Shown: positions 39,852 to 50,960 of the stretch, one piece after another
Position numbering within the stretch: position 1 is the stretch's first letter
Layout of the letters: each line of letters opens with the position of its first letter
DNA from: a candidate division WOR-3 bacterium
GTDB taxonomy: Bacteria; Hydrothermota; 32-111
Length of the DNA stretch: 64,000 nt
Assembly: GCA_037481815.1 (NCBI GenBank)
Contig: JBBFKX010000001.1
Span: 480,001 to 544,000, forward strand
Direction of reading: 5' to 3'
Notes under the pieces: generated by a model
Told to the model about the DNA's origin: nothing
Databases searched by the model: none
Seen by the model: the letters and a program-made list of their open reading frames with translations, nothing else
Position numbers and translations under genes: made by a program

Positions 39852-40700
39852 TTACAACTCCCTTTTAAAGTTTCCAAACTGCTTTTTAAGACCAAGAGAT
39901 TCAGACACCTCTTCTATCATCATTGAATCAATTGGGACCCTCTGCAAAAAAGCTGCTTCAAGAAGAGCATTATCACAAATAGTATTTATCAACCTTGGTC
40001 GTCCATTTGAGTATGAATGAATAAGATCTATACTATCGGGTGTAAAAATAGATGAGATGTTCGCTCCAACAACAGATAACCGGTACTTTATATAACCATA
40101 AGTTTCTTCTCTTGAAAGTGATTTCAGATAGGTTCTCGCTGCAATCCTTTGCTGTAAAGATTCGTTCTGAAGTATATGTCTTTCAAGTTCAGGAACTCCT
40201 ATGAGTATAAAGGTTATGATCCTTCGATCGTTCAGTTCAAGGTTTAAAAAACCTCTGATCTGCTCAACTATTCTGCTATCTGAAAGTTTGTTCGCTTCAT
40301 CTATAAGAATCACAGTTTTTTTACCTTCTCTATCGAGATTTATAAGTTGTCTCGTGAGAATGTTCATCGGATCCTTCATAAGGTTCGTTGTATCCTTTAA
40401 TCCTATTATCTGTGCTATCCTTGTAAAAAGCCATTCTTCAGAAAAATTTTCATGTGTAAGAACTATAAGACCTGTTTGAAATTTTGGATTTCTTGTAAGA
40501 TATGTTAGAAGTTTTCTTGCAACCGTAGTTTTGCCTGTTCCCACATCTCCAACAAGAAGAGCAAAACCTCTCATCTTGTCAGCAGCATGCATCAACCTTA
40601 AAAGAGCCATCCTGTGTTGATTCGTTTCAAAAAAGAACCTTGTATCCGGGATATTTGCAAAAGGTTCAAAGGACATTTGAAAGAATGACTCATAATTCAT
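39852..40700 (-). CDS. ExeA/GspA-like AAA ATPase (second paralogue)
   Basis: EPFANIPD, GDVGTGKT, IDEA, GVPE, G.PRLINTICDNAL. Confidence 0.88.
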   Translation of the reverse strand: MNYESFFQMSFEPFANIPDTRFFFETNQHRMALLRLMHAADKMRGFALLVGDVGTGKTTVARKLLTYLTRNPKFQTGLIVLTHENFSEEWLFTRIAQIIGLKDTTNLMKDPMNILTRQLINLDREGKKTVILIDEANKLSDSRIVEQIRGFLNLELNDRRIITFILIGVPELERHILQNESLQQRIAARTYLKSLSREETYGYIKYRLSVVGANISSIFTPDSIDLIHSYSNGRPRLINTICDNALLEAAFLQRVPIDSMMIEEVSESLGLKKQFGNFKREL

Positions 40701-40710
40701 AAATCCTCAC

Positions 40711-41514
40711 TTATAAAAAGTGAATATGATTTTCATTTTGATCTTCTCTTTGAAGATCAAAAGTGTCTTCAGTATTTTTAATATTATACTCTTTTCTTTG
40801 ATTTGTCAATTTACTTATTTTCTCCTGAACATCGAGAAAGTCCGGATCATATTTCAAAATTTTTTCATAAACCTGTAATGCTTTCATGCCATCTTGCGAC
40901 TCATAAATTGAAGCGAGTTTATACATGAGTTGAAGAAAATCACTATCGAGCTGGTTTATATGATAAGTCAAAATCTCTATAGATCTTTCCTCTTTCCGCT
41001 CCTTTAAAAGGATATCAGAGTATCTTAATATCACTCTGATTTTTGCTTCACCCGATGAATAATCTATCGCTTTTCTAAAAAATGTATCATTTATTTCACT
41101 ATCAATCAGACCTCTCGATCTGACAGCAAGTTCATAGTAAGAAGAACCCATAACATCTTTTTTTTGACTCAACAGATTCAGATCTTTTTTTATCTCTTCA
41201 ATATTTTTATTTGAAAAATTTTCGGGCAACCGATACTTTAAAGATAAAGAAAAAAAGTCATTTTCTCTCTCTTTTAGGTATCTTAAAAAATTTAAACTTT
41301 CTTCATAAAGCTTTAAATGTAAAAAATGGTTGAACAGATGAAATATAACCTGAAATCTGTCATCAAAAATATCGAAAAGATTATAAAGAACTATTATCGA
41401 TCCATAATAATCTCTGTATTTTACTTTAGAGAAAAGGTCTATAAAAAATTCACTTCTTTGTGTTAACGATTCAATATTTTTGCCTTCATAAACCAAATCT
41501 TTAAATTTTTCCAA
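40711..41514 (-). CDS. TPR-containing protein
   Basis: C-terminal TPR YKLASIYE...ALQVYEKILKYDPDFLDV; tail HIHFL. Confidence 0.7.
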   Translation of the reverse strand: MEKFKDLVYEGKNIESLTQRSEFFIDLFSKVKYRDYYGSIIVLYNLFDIFDDRFQVIFHLFNHFLHLKLYEESLNFLRYLKERENDFFSLSLKYRLPENFSNKNIEEIKKDLNLLSQKKDVMGSSYYELAVRSRGLIDSEINDTFFRKAIDYSSGEAKIRVILRYSDILLKERKEERSIEILTYHINQLDSDFLQLMYKLASIYESQDGMKALQVYEKILKYDPDFLDVQEKISKLTNQRKEYNIKNTEDTFDLQREDQNENHIHFL

Positions 41515-42733
41515 AATCCAACATCTCCCCTTTTAAAATAACAAGATCAGGTTGATCATCTCCCGTGAAATAGAATAGTTCTTTAAAATCATCTCTCTTA
41601 AACATTAAAATATCAGCATCCTTTCCCTCATGGAGGGAACCTTTGTTTTTTAGATCGAGTGAAAAAGCAGGATTTAAAGTTATTCCATAAATGAGTTCCT
41701 CATATGTTAAACCATAATTTATCATCCCAATGGTTGCTGAGAGAAGTAACGAATAACATGGAGAGGAACCAGGATTAAAATCTGTTGATATAGCGATGAT
41801 ATTCCCCACTTCCCTCATCTTTTCGATCGGTGGTCTACCTTTTAATTTTAAAAAGAAGTTTGTAGCAGGAAGAAGTGTTATTACAGTGTTGTTTTCTTTA
41901 AGGTATTGTAAATCTTGTTCATCGGGAAAATTAAAATGATCGACCGATTTTGCTTTCAATTTTCTTGCAACAAAAGAACCACCGGAGTTTTCAATCTCAT
42001 CCGCATGAACTCTCGCTTTTAATCCATATTCGATTCCCTTTTCAAGAATCTCAATCGCCTCATCTTTTGTAAAAACACCTTTTTCACAAAAAACATCGAT
42101 AAAATCTGCAAGTCCTTCCTGTGCAACAAAAGGTATCATCTCTTCTTTTAAAAATTTTAAATAGTACTCTCTTTTATCTTTAAACTCCTCAGGTATCTCA
42201 TGTGCACCCAGAAATGTGGATCTGATCTCGATAGGAAAAATTTTTTTCAACTCTTTGATCACTTTCAACTGTTTTATCTCTGTATCCCTGTCGAGCCCAT
42301 ATCCAGATTTTATTTCAATCGATGTTATCCCCTTTTTCAAAAATTTTTTAAGGCGCTCTTTTGATTCCTCTAAAAGATTTTCAAAACTGACATCTCTTGT
42401 GAACCTTACGCTTTTTTTTATTCCACCACCACTTTTTGCAATCTCCTTATAAGCAACTCCCTGTGCTCTCATCAAAAACTCATCTGCTCTTGAACCTGAG
42501 AAAACAAGATGTGAGTGAGATTCGACAAATCCGGGAGTCACAATAAATGAAGAGCAATCTATCGTTTTATCTGCTTTTTCTTCAATATCTTTCCCAATCC
42601 TTTTTATTTTTCCGTTTTCTATCACTATCGTATTTGCTGAAGATAGAGGTGAATTAAAATTGTCAAGAGTAACAAAACCCCTTTTATCATAACATGAAAC
42701 GATCTGTTTGATATTTTTTAAAATAGTTCTCAT
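41501..42733 (-). CDS. hutI: Imidazolonepropionase
   Basis: SHSHLVF, EIKSGYGL, GAH, DVFCE, HADE, TDFNPGS. Confidence 0.93.
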   Translation of the reverse strand: MRTILKNIKQIVSCYDKRGFVTLDNFNSPLSSANTIVIENGKIKRIGKDIEEKADKTIDCSSFIVTPGFVESHSHLVFSGSRADEFLMRAQGVAYKEIAKSGGGIKKSVRFTRDVSFENLLEESKERLKKFLKKGITSIEIKSGYGLDRDTEIKQLKVIKELKKIFPIEIRSTFLGAHEIPEEFKDKREYYLKFLKEEMIPFVAQEGLADFIDVFCEKGVFTKDEAIEILEKGIEYGLKARVHADEIENSGGSFVARKLKAKSVDHFNFPDEQDLQYLKENNTVITLLPATNFFLKLKGRPPIEKMREVGNIIAISTDFNPGSSPCYSLLLSATIGMINYGLTYEELIYGITLNPAFSLDLKNKGSLHEGKDADILMFKRDDFKELFYFTGDDQPDLVILKGEMLDFGKI

Positions 42734-42736
42734 GAT

Positions 42737-44395
42737 CTATTGATCGAGCATTGGCATTTTTATCTTTTCTTTTTTTGCTGTATCTATAGCTATCTGATAA
42801 CCTGCATCAGCATGTCTTACAACACCAAGCCCGGGATCGTTTGTTAAAACCCTTTCAATCTTCTTCTCCTGAAGTTCTGTTCCATCAGCAAGTATAACCT
42901 GCCCAGCATGTATCGAATAACCTATTCCAACACCACCCCCATGGTGCAAAGAAACCCATGTGGCTCCAGATGCAACATTAAGCATCGCGTTTAAAACAGG
43001 CCAATCAGCAATAGCGTCCGAACCATCCTTCATCGCCTCTGTCTCTCGGTTTGGTGATGCAGCACCACCGGTATCATGATGATCTCTACCGATCACAACA
43101 GGGCCAGATAATCTTCCCTTTTTGACCATATCGTTTATCATAAGACCAAATCTGGCTCTTTCTCCTTGTTTCAGCCAGCAGATCCTTGCAGGTAGTCCCT
43201 GAAATCTCACCAATTTTTCAGCCATCTCAATCCATTTCCTTAAATGTTCATCATCAGGGAAAATTTCAAGAAGCGCCTTATCAGTTTCAAAAATATCTTT
43301 TTCATTCCCTGTCAAAGCTACCCACCTGAAAGGACCACTACCTTCTGAGAAAAGATCCCTTATGTAAGCAGGCATATAACCAACTATTTTAAAAGCATCT
43401 TTCACTCCATTATCAAAAGCTCTTTGCCTTAAATTGTTTCCATATTCAAAAACGTTAACTCCCTTTTCCTGCATTTTTAACATCGCTTCCACATGTTTTG
43501 ATATCGAATCGTAAACCTTTTTCAAATATTCATTTCTATCCTTTTCCCTAAGAACAGCCGCTTCTTCAACAGAATAACCTGATGGAATATAACCATACAA
43601 AGGGTCATGTGCTGCTGTTTGATCTGTCAAAACATCGGGATATATTTCCCTTCTTACAAGTTCAGGCAAAATATCGGCGATATTTCCTAAAAGTCCAATC
43701 GAAAGTGGTTTCTTTTCTTTGAGTGCCTGATCTTTCATCTTTAACGCCTCATCGAGTGACTTTGCTTTGACATCACAATATCTTTGTGCTATCTTTCGAT
43801 CTATATGTGATTCATCAACCTCAACAACAATAACAACTCCATCGTTCATAACAGCAGCAAGTGGTTGTGCTCCTCCCATCTCTCCAAGTCCAGCTGTTAA
43901 AACCCATTTTCCTTTCAATGTCCCACCATAAAGTTTTTTTGCTATAGCATAAAATGTTTCATAAGTTCCCTGGAGTATTCCCTGAGTTCCAATATAGATC
44001 CATGAACCAGCAGTCATCTGCCCATAACATGTGAGTCCCATCGATTCCAATCTTAAAAACTCCTCAAGTGTTGCCCATTTCGGAACAAGTAAAGAGTTTG
44101 TTATTAAAACTCTCGGTGCCCATTCATGTGTTTTGAAAACAGCAACCGGTTTTCCTGATTGCATTATCAACGTTTCATCGTTATCCATATTCTGTAATGT
44201 CTCTATTATCTTATAATATGATTCCCAGTTTCTTGCCGCTTTTCCTCTTCCACCATAAACTATTAGATTTTCAGGATCCTTGGCAACATCCGGATCAAGA
44301 TTGTTCATAAGCATTCTCATCGGTGCTTCAAGTTGCCATGATTTGCAGGAAAGTTTTGTTCCTCTTGGGGCATGTATTGGTTTATACTCTCTCAT
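42737..44395 (-). CDS. hutU: Urocanate hydratase
   Basis: [49 protein letters not shown]. Confidence 0.97.
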   Translation of the reverse strand: MREYKPIHAPRGTKLSCKSWQLEAPMRMLMNNLDPDVAKDPENLIVYGGRGKAARNWESYYKIIETLQNMDNDETLIMQSGKPVAVFKTHEWAPRVLITNSLLVPKWATLEEFLRLESMGLTCYGQMTAGSWIYIGTQGILQGTYETFYAIAKKLYGGTLKGKWVLTAGLGEMGGAQPLAAVMNDGVVIVVEVDESHIDRKIAQRYCDVKAKSLDEALKMKDQALKEKKPLSIGLLGNIADILPELVRREIYPDVLTDQTAAHDPLYGYIPSGYSVEEAAVLREKDRNEYLKKVYDSISKHVEAMLKMQEKGVNVFEYGNNLRQRAFDNGVKDAFKIVGYMPAYIRDLFSEGSGPFRWVALTGNEKDIFETDKALLEIFPDDEHLRKWIEMAEKLVRFQGLPARICWLKQGERARFGLMINDMVKKGRLSGPVVIGRDHHDTGGAASPNRETEAMKDGSDAIADWPVLNAMLNVASGATWVSLHHGGGVGIGYSIHAGQVILADGTELQEKKIERVLTNDPGLGVVRHADAGYQIAIDTAKKEKIKMPMLDQ

Positions 44396-44403
44396 AAATA
44401 CTC

Positions 44404-45924
44404 CTATTTTAATTTCAAATAATTTTCAACTTTTTCCACAACTTTACCTGAGTATGTCAGTTCGAATATCTTTTCAACATCCTTATAGAAAGCTCTATCA
44501 CCATCGATAGGTTTTATATTTTCAAAAAACCAAACCATCAGTTCATTTAAAGGTTTTGAACTTAAAAGGGGCCTTCTTAAATACAAAGCTGTCATAGCAG
44601 CAAAAAGTTCTATCGAAAGTATATAAAAACTATTTTCAATAACATCTCTGAGTTTTCTCGCAGAAATCGTTCCCATTGATACATGATCCTCCTGTCCCAG
44701 TGATGTTGGAATAGAATCAACACTTGCAGGATGCGCAAGCACTTTATTCTCGGATACAAGGGATGCTGTTGTTACCTGCAACATCATAAAACCACTGTTT
44801 ATACCAACATCCTTTATTAAAAATGGATAAAGTCCAGTCTGCACAGGATCAAGTAATCTGTACAATCTTCTATCGGAAATGTTCCCGAGTTCACACAAAC
44901 CTATTTTCAAAGAGTCCAAAACTGTTGCGATTATCTGACCATGAAAATTCCCGCCGGAAATTACTTCTTTCTCTTTTATAAACACGAGGGGGTTATCAGT
45001 TGAAGAGTTGAACTCTTTCTCTACCACACCTTTAGCAAAATAATAAACTTCTCTCGCTGCACCATGAACCTGCGGTATACATCTGATCGAATATGGATCC
45101 TGAACCTTGGAACAATTCCTGTGAGATTTTCTTATCTGGGATCCTTTTAAAAGATTAAAAATATTATAAGCACTATCAGCCTGTCCCTGATGATTTCTGA
45201 TATCCGAAATCCTTTTTTCAAATGGGATATCCGTTGATAACAATGCATCGGCCGATGCTGCTGCAACGATATCTGAAAGTTTCAACAGTATCTCACCTTT
45301 CACAAGAGAATACCCTGCAATTGATGTCATCATCTGAGTTCCATTTATCAAGGCAAGCCCTTCTTTTGGTTTCAGTTTAACAGGTTTAATTTTATTTTTA
45401 TTTAACACGTTTATACTCTTCACTCTTTTACCATTTTCTATACATTCGCCCTCACCTATTAAAACCAATGCTATATGGGCAAGTGGTGCAAGATCACCAC
45501 TTGCTCCAACAGAACCTTTCTGTGGAACGTATGGATATATTTTTTTGTTCAAAATCTGAATCAAACCATCCAGAGTATCAATGGAAACCCCACTGTTCCC
45601 TCTAATGATCGTATTGATTCTCAAAAGGATCGCTCCTCTGACTTCATAAAAGGAAAATGGCTCCCCAACGCCAACAGAATGTGATCTTAGAATGTTTTCC
45701 TGTAAAATTTCTATTTTATTTTTCGGAATAGTCACATCAACAAGTTTTCCAAAACCTGTTGTAACCCCATAAACCCTTTTGTTTTCTTTCACGATTTTTT
45801 CAATGATACTATATGACTCTTTTACTCTTTTTAAAGCGGAATCAGATATTTTTACCTCTTCAAGATCAAAAACAATCCTTTTGAATTTAACAAGATCAAG
45901 GTTAAAACCATCAAGTAAAACCAT
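44404..45924 (-). CDS. hutH: Histidine ammonia-lyase
   Basis: [20 protein letters not shown] (MIO), [22 protein letters not shown]. Confidence 0.96.
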   Translation of the reverse strand: MVLLDGFNLDLVKFKRIVFDLEEVKISDSALKRVKESYSIIEKIVKENKRVYGVTTGFGKLVDVTIPKNKIEILQENILRSHSVGVGEPFSFYEVRGAILLRINTIIRGNSGVSIDTLDGLIQILNKKIYPYVPQKGSVGASGDLAPLAHIALVLIGEGECIENGKRVKSINVLNKNKIKPVKLKPKEGLALINGTQMMTSIAGYSLVKGEILLKLSDIVAAASADALLSTDIPFEKRISDIRNHQGQADSAYNIFNLLKGSQIRKSHRNCSKVQDPYSIRCIPQVHGAAREVYYFAKGVVEKEFNSSTDNPLVFIKEKEVISGGNFHGQIIATVLDSLKIGLCELGNISDRRLYRLLDPVQTGLYPFLIKDVGINSGFMMLQVTTASLVSENKVLAHPASVDSIPTSLGQEDHVSMGTISARKLRDVIENSFYILSIELFAAMTALYLRRPLLSSKPLNELMVWFFENIKPIDGDRAFYKDVEKIFELTYSGKVVEKVENYLKLK

Positions 45925-45959
45925 TTTTCTCCTTTTTTAATTTATTAATTTGGTTTTTT

Positions 45960-45988
45960 ATTATAATTGAGATTCTTTAAATAATCAA
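45960..45988 (-). promoter_or_regulatory. Sigma70 promoter of the hut operon
   Basis: TTGATT-N17-TATAAT upstream of SD AAGGAG. Confidence 0.55.
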
Positions 45989-45991
45989 GAA

Positions 45992-47590
45992 TCAAAATGT
46001 CACATTGTAGATTATGAGATTCGATCGCTTTCTGAAAGTTTTTGCCTTTAAAATTACTGTATCTTTTAAGATCATCATCTGTTTAAACTCTAAAAACTGT
46101 TTTTCATCCTTTTTTACACCTATACATATAGAGTCATTCAATATCAATTCTGCAAATTCGCTTCCCTCAACATCAAGAAACATTTTCAAATTCCTGTATT
46201 TTGTAATAAAATTTTTTAGTTTTACATAAGAAAGATCTGACATCCGTAAAGACAGATAATGTGAAAAAGGAGAATAGGTTTTAATGTTCAGATCAATGAA
46301 TCTATCCTTAGAGAATTCAACAATATCGTTCGATATTATAACCTGTTCAAAAAAGTTTTTTTCTGTTCTATCATAATTTTTCAAAGGTATAAACACAACA
46401 AAAAAAATAATCGATATAGCAACTAATGAAAAATTTTTCAAAAAATTTACAGGTTTGGTTGATATAACTTTGTCTCTTTCTCTTAATAATAAAACAAAGA
46501 GTATGAATGTAGAAAAAAATGATATGAATGAAAAAATTAAAAAAATGGTTTTATCAAAAAAATTAAAAAAGAAAAAAATCAGATTCATTATGGAGACAAA
46601 ATAGAAGAGTAAAAATAAAAATTTATATTCTTTACTTTTTCCATCAATCGAAAGAAATAAAAAAAACAGAGGGTAAAGTATATGATTCTCTCTTAATCCG
46701 ATCATAAAATTGAACCAGATCAAAGAGAATAAAGATAATTTTTTAAATATACTTCCATTCGCAAAAAAACCTATAAAAATCGATATGGAGATTACCAGTA
46801 GCAGAGAATAGGAAGTTAAAGATATGTTAAAGAAATTTTTTACTGGATCCAAAACATGATTGTAGGAAATGATTGAAAGCAGGTTAAAAGAATAACCTGA
46901 AAATGGTAACATGTACGTTGAATTTTCATATATCAACCTCAAAGTTTTAAAAAACCTTCCTGCAACAACGAATGGAAGAAATATTAAAAATGTCGTTCCT
47001 AAAAATGTTAAAAGGGTTTTAAAGAAAAAAGTTTTATTAAAATTTTTTTTAAAATAATGCAAAAATATAAGCAACACAAAAAAAGGTGCTGTTTGTTTAC
47101 TGAAAAAAAGTAAAGTTAAGATAAAAGTCCCACAAACAAAATCTTTTCTTTCAAATAAGAAGATAGTAACAAACATAAAAAACAGAATAATTATATCAAA
47201 TTGGCCATTTGATACGATCGAAATATAGAAAGGAACAATCAAAATTACAATTTTAAACAAAGATAGTTTATCTTTATAAAGAAAAAGAAACAGAGAAAGG
47301 AGGATAACGAGAGGAAAAATTTTATAAAAATTCAAATAGGGAACCGACATAAGTTTCAAAGGAGTAAAAAATGAAATTATTCTTCCCTGAAAAATTGCGA
47401 TGTAAGATCCAAAAGGAAGATAATCACAGAATCTGTCAAAATAGTTGTTTCTGTTATAAATTTCATCGAGTCCATACTTTAAGGAGTTGTATGCCCAGAC
47501 ATGGTATGAATATACATCATACTGAAATATGAAAAGAAAAGGTATAACAAAAAAAAGTATAGATAAGAGAACAAGAGCAAATCTTTTCAT
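45992..47590 (-). CDS. Polytopic GT-C-fold glycosyltransferase-like protein
   Basis: YDV..Y..W, DYLP, GQFD, KQ and REN motifs among about 12 TM helices. Confidence 0.6.
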   Translation of the reverse strand: MKRFALVLLSILFFVIPFLFIFQYDVYSYHVWAYNSLKYGLDEIYNRNNYFDRFCDYLPFGSYIAIFQGRIISFFTPLKLMSVPYLNFYKIFPLVILLSLFLFLYKDKLSLFKIVILIVPFYISIVSNGQFDIIILFFMFVTIFLFERKDFVCGTFILTLLFFSKQTAPFFVLLIFLHYFKKNFNKTFFFKTLLTFLGTTFLIFLPFVVAGRFFKTLRLIYENSTYMLPFSGYSFNLLSIISYNHVLDPVKNFFNISLTSYSLLLVISISIFIGFFANGSIFKKLSLFSLIWFNFMIGLRENHILYPLFFLFLSIDGKSKEYKFLFLLFYFVSIMNLIFFFFNFFDKTIFLIFSFISFFSTFILFVLLLRERDKVISTKPVNFLKNFSLVAISIIFFVVFIPLKNYDRTEKNFFEQVIISNDIVEFSKDRFIDLNIKTYSPFSHYLSLRMSDLSYVKLKNFITKYRNLKMFLDVEGSEFAELILNDSICIGVKKDEKQFLEFKQMMILKDTVILKAKTFRKRSNLIIYNVTF

Positions 47591-47596
47591 ATATAA

Positions 47597-47624
47597 ATTA
47601 TAAAAACAAAAAATTTTCAGTCAA
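47597..47624 (-). promoter_or_regulatory. Sigma70 promoter, leaderless transcript
   Basis: TTGACT-N16-TATAAT-N6-ATG(47590). Confidence 0.6.
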
Positions 47625-47637
47625 CAAACAAAAAATC

Positions 47638-47665
47638 TTGACAAAAATATTTTTTCGATTATACT
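47638..47665 (+). promoter_or_regulatory. Sigma70 promoter of the ars operon
   Basis: TTGACA-N16-TATACT. Confidence 0.65.
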
Positions 47666-47676
47666 TAAAAAAAAGT

Positions 47677-47700
47677 TTATATAAGGATTTCTTTATATAA
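47677..47700. promoter_or_regulatory. Probable ArsR operator
   Basis: TTATATAAGGA-TT-TCTTTATATAA, an 11-2-11 inverted repeat with one mismatch just downstream of the promoter, resembling ArsR/SmtB 12-2-12 operators. Confidence 0.6.
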
Positions 47701-47748
47701 GTAAAATTTTATAAAATGTGCTTATAATTAGAATCTGGAGGTTCATCG

Positions 47749-48069
47749 ATGAAATATAGTGACAGGGTTTTAAAAAAATTGAAAGCACTTTCAGATAAAA
47801 CAAGGTTGGAGATAGTTTCTTTATTGATCGATAAAAAAATATGTGTTTGCGAATTATCCAAAATTTTAAAAATGTCACAACCGAGGATATCAAGACATTT
47901 AAAAATCTTAACAGAAAGTGGTATATTAAAATATGAAAAGGTAGCCCAAAAAGTTTTCTACTATATAAACAGAAAAGATAAAACAAATAAATCGATCATA
48001 AACCTTATTGAAAGGGAGTTGTATGAAGAAAGAAAAAATAAAAGTCCTGTTTGCGTGTGTAGAAAATAG
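47749..48069 (+). CDS. arsR: ArsR/SmtB transcriptional repressor
   Basis: KALSDKTRL, CVCEL, SQPRISRHL. Confidence 0.9.
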   Translation: MKYSDRVLKKLKALSDKTRLEIVSLLIDKKICVCELSKILKMSQPRISRHLKILTESGILKYEKVAQKVFYYINRKDKTNKSIINLIERELYEERKNKSPVCVCRK

Positions 48070-48430
48070 TTTTAGGAGTCAGATAGCAGAAGGAGTTGCG
48101 AAAAAATTTTTTTCTGATTACATTGAAGCATATTCTGCTGGTTCAAAACCTACTCATACGATAAACCCTAAGGCAAAAATAGTGCTTGAAGAGATAGGTT
48201 TTGATACATCAACATTAAAACCAAAAGGTTTTTTTGATCTACCGGAAGTTGAGTTTGATTACCTGGTGACGATGGGTTGTAAAGAGGTCTGTCCAATATT
48301 CCCTTCCAAAAAAAGTTTAAACTGGGAACTTGATGATATAAAAAACGATCCAATCGAAAAAATTCGTGAAATGAGAGAACTTATAAAAAGTAAAATTCAA
48401 GAAATTGTTGATGAGGAGTTTAAAAATTAA
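48023..48430 (+). CDS. arsC: Arsenate reductase, LMW-PTP type
   Basis: CVENSFRSQIAEG (Cx5R), SAG, TMGC..VCP; ATG at 48023 after a GGAG SD. Confidence 0.85.
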   Translation: MKKEKIKVLFACVENSFRSQIAEGVAKKFFSDYIEAYSAGSKPTHTINPKAKIVLEEIGFDTSTLKPKGFFDLPEVEFDYLVTMGCKEVCPIFPSKKSLNWELDDIKNDPIEKIREMRELIKSKIQEIVDEEFKN

Positions 48431-48482
48431 AATCTGAATTTTTCAAAAATATTTGTAAAACAAAAATTTTAGGAGTAAGAAA

Positions 48483-49775
48483 ATGAGTGAAGATTTAAAA
48501 AAGTTATTTTTGATGATCTTTATTTTTTTGTCAGCATACTTTTTACCGTTAAATTCAAAGACAATTCAGGATGCGATATTATCCTCCTTCTTTCTCTTAC
48601 AGGATTATGCTCAAAAACATGTGATTTTATGTCTCATTCCTGCATTTTTTATAGCGGGTGCTATGGGTGTTTTCATATCATCGGATACTGTTTTAAAATA
48701 TCTTGGAAGTAAAGCAAATCAAATTGTTGCATACTTTATAGCTTCAGTTTCTGGAGCGATACTTGCAGTTTGTTCATGCACCGTTCTTCCACTATTCGCA
48801 GGCATATATAAAAAAGGTGCGGGACTTGGGCCTGCTATTGCATTTTTGTATTCAGGGCCTGCTATAAATATTCTTGCGATAATTCTAACCGCTAAAGTTC
48901 TTGGATTTCAGATGGGTCTTTTTAGAGCAATATTTGCTGTATCACTTTCGATAATCATAGGTCTTCTTATGTCTTTAACTTTTAGAGAAAAAAAGGAAAC
49001 ATCTGATAAAAACGATTCTACTGAGAAAAATATTGACAGAAAAAGATATTTTCTCTTGAATATGATCCATTTTATCGCAATGATTGGAATACTTGTTTTC
49101 TCGAACTGGGCAAAAACTGATAATCTAACAGGACTCTGGTTTTTTGTTTACAAAATAAAATGGATTTTGGTTTCTGTTTTTACAATACTTTTGGGTTTTT
49201 CATTAAACAAACTTTTAAATATAAAAGTATTATACCTTTTAATTTCTTCCGTCGTTCTTTTAATCATTTATTTAACATTTAAATCTCCAATTATAACTTT
49301 TACAACAGGAATAATAATCCTTGTTTTACTTTTACTCAAAGGTAACGAAAAATCTCAAATCTGGCTTGATACCACAAAAGATTTCGCTTTCCAAATAATG
49401 CCGCTTCTTTTTTCAGGTATACTTATCGCCGGATTTTTGCTTGGAACACCTGATGGGAGGATTGGTCTTATTCCAAAACATTGGATCTCAAAACTCGTCG
49501 GTGGGAATTCGATCTTTTCAAACCTTTTCGCTTCAGTTGTTGGAGCTTTTATGTATTTTGCAACTTTAACAGAAGTCCCAATAATACAGGGCCTTATGAA
49601 CTCAGGAATGGGAAAAGGTCCAGCTTTATCTCTTCTTTTAGCAGGTCCCGCTCTTTCCTTACCTAATATGCTTGTTATAAGAAGTATACTTGGAACGAGA
49701 AAAACTTTTTTTTATGTAGGTTATGTTATAGTTCTTTCAACTATAGCAGGATTTGTTTTTGGTTTTACAAATTAA
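48483..49775 (+). CDS. arsP: ArsP (DUF318) family permease
   Basis: LAVCSCTVLPLF, FLYSGPAIN, MYFATLTEVP, GPALSLP. Confidence 0.85.
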   Translation: MSEDLKKLFLMIFIFLSAYFLPLNSKTIQDAILSSFFLLQDYAQKHVILCLIPAFFIAGAMGVFISSDTVLKYLGSKANQIVAYFIASVSGAILAVCSCTVLPLFAGIYKKGAGLGPAIAFLYSGPAINILAIILTAKVLGFQMGLFRAIFAVSLSIIIGLLMSLTFREKKETSDKNDSTEKNIDRKRYFLLNMIHFIAMIGILVFSNWAKTDNLTGLWFFVYKIKWILVSVFTILLGFSLNKLLNIKVLYLLISSVVLLIIYLTFKSPIITFTTGIIILVLLLLKGNEKSQIWLDTTKDFAFQIMPLLFSGILIAGFLLGTPDGRIGLIPKHWISKLVGGNSIFSNLFASVVGAFMYFATLTEVPIIQGLMNSGMGKGPALSLLLAGPALSLPNMLVIRSILGTRKTFFYVGYVIVLSTIAGFVFGFTN

Positions 49776-49788
49776 AAGGAGGTCTGGT

Positions 49789-50034
49789 ATGAAAATTCAG
49801 ATTTTAGGGAAAGGTTGTCCAAAATGTAAAAAACTTGAAGAAAACACCATAATTGCAGCAAAAGAGTTAAATCTTGAATACGATATTGAAAAGGTTCAAG
49901 AGATTACTAAAATTGTAGAGATGGGAGTAACTATAACACCAGCACTGGCAATCGATGGAAAGGTTTTAATATCAGGGCAAGTTTTATCACCAGAAGCGAT
50001 TAAAAAAATTTTAAAAGAGCATTTAAACCTTTGA
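49789..50034 (+). CDS. Small redox-active disulfide protein (MTH895-like thioredoxin)
   Basis: MKIQILGKGCPKC and TPAL.IDG; SD AGGAGG before the ATG at 49789. Confidence 0.88.
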   Translation: MKIQILGKGCPKCKKLEENTIIAAKELNLEYDIEKVQEITKIVEMGVTITPALAIDGKVLISGQVLSPEAIKKILKEHLNL

Positions 50035-50960
50035 ATATGGAACATCAATCCCATTTCCATCAGAATTCAATCGATGATAAAGATCGACAAAACATCGATC
50101 GTAACATAGTTTTTAAATTTACCATAACAATATTCTTAAACCTTCTGATAACAATTTTTGAAATACTTGGTGGGTTTATTTCCGGATCCCTGATGTTAAT
50201 TTCAGACAGTTTACATAACTTTGCTGATTCATTTTCGTTGTTCCTTTCTTTTTTCGCTATAAAAATATCAAAAAAAGAAAAAAATAAAAGAAAAACTTTC
50301 GGGTATAAAAGAGCTGAGATCATCGTTTCACTATTCAACTCATCCTTCCTTTTGATAATCTCTTTTTCTATAATCTGGGAAAGTATTAAAAGGTTCATAA
50401 GACCAGAAATCATAGATTCGAACATCCTTCTTTTCGTTTCATCTGTTGGATTTCTGGGAAACCTGATTTCAGTTTTCATTTTACATAAAGATTCTTCGAA
50501 AAGTTTAAACATAAGATCCAGTTATCTTCATCTTTTTTCTGATACTTTGAGTTCCGTTGGCGTAATCATCGGAGCCATTTTCATTAAACTTTATAAAATC
50601 TATTTCGTTGATTCAATTCTTTCATTCTTAATATCCTTATATATAATTTTTCAAACTTATTCCATATTTAAAAAATCGATAGATATACTTATGCAATCGT
50701 CAGTTGAACTTGATTATGACTCTATAAAACACGATATAGAAAAGATCGATGGAGTCAAAAATATTCATCATGTACATACATGGATGACAAATGAAACGAC
50801 ATTCTATTTTGAAGCGCATGTAGAACTTGAAGACATGATGTTATCTCAAACATGTAGAATCTTGGAAGAAATCGAAAAACTTCTAAAAGAAAAATATGGA
50901 ATAAATCACACAACAATTCAGTTTGAAACAAACAAATGCGAAAAAAAAACTATGTTTTAA
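50031..50960 (+). CDS. Cation diffusion facilitator (CzcD-like)
   Basis: SDSLHNFAD, TFGYKRAE, HLFSD, HHVHTW, HTTIQFE. Confidence 0.92.
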   Translation: MNMEHQSHFHQNSIDDKDRQNIDRNIVFKFTITIFLNLLITIFEILGGFISGSLMLISDSLHNFADSFSLFLSFFAIKISKKEKNKRKTFGYKRAEIIVSLFNSSFLLIISFSIIWESIKRFIRPEIIDSNILLFVSSVGFLGNLISVFILHKDSSKSLNIRSSYLHLFSDTLSSVGVIIGAIFIKLYKIYFVDSILSFLISLYIIFQTYSIFKKSIDILMQSSVELDYDSIKHDIEKIDGVKNIHHVHTWMTNETTFYFEAHVELEDMMLSQTCRILEEIEKLLKEKYGINHTTIQFETNKCEKKTMF

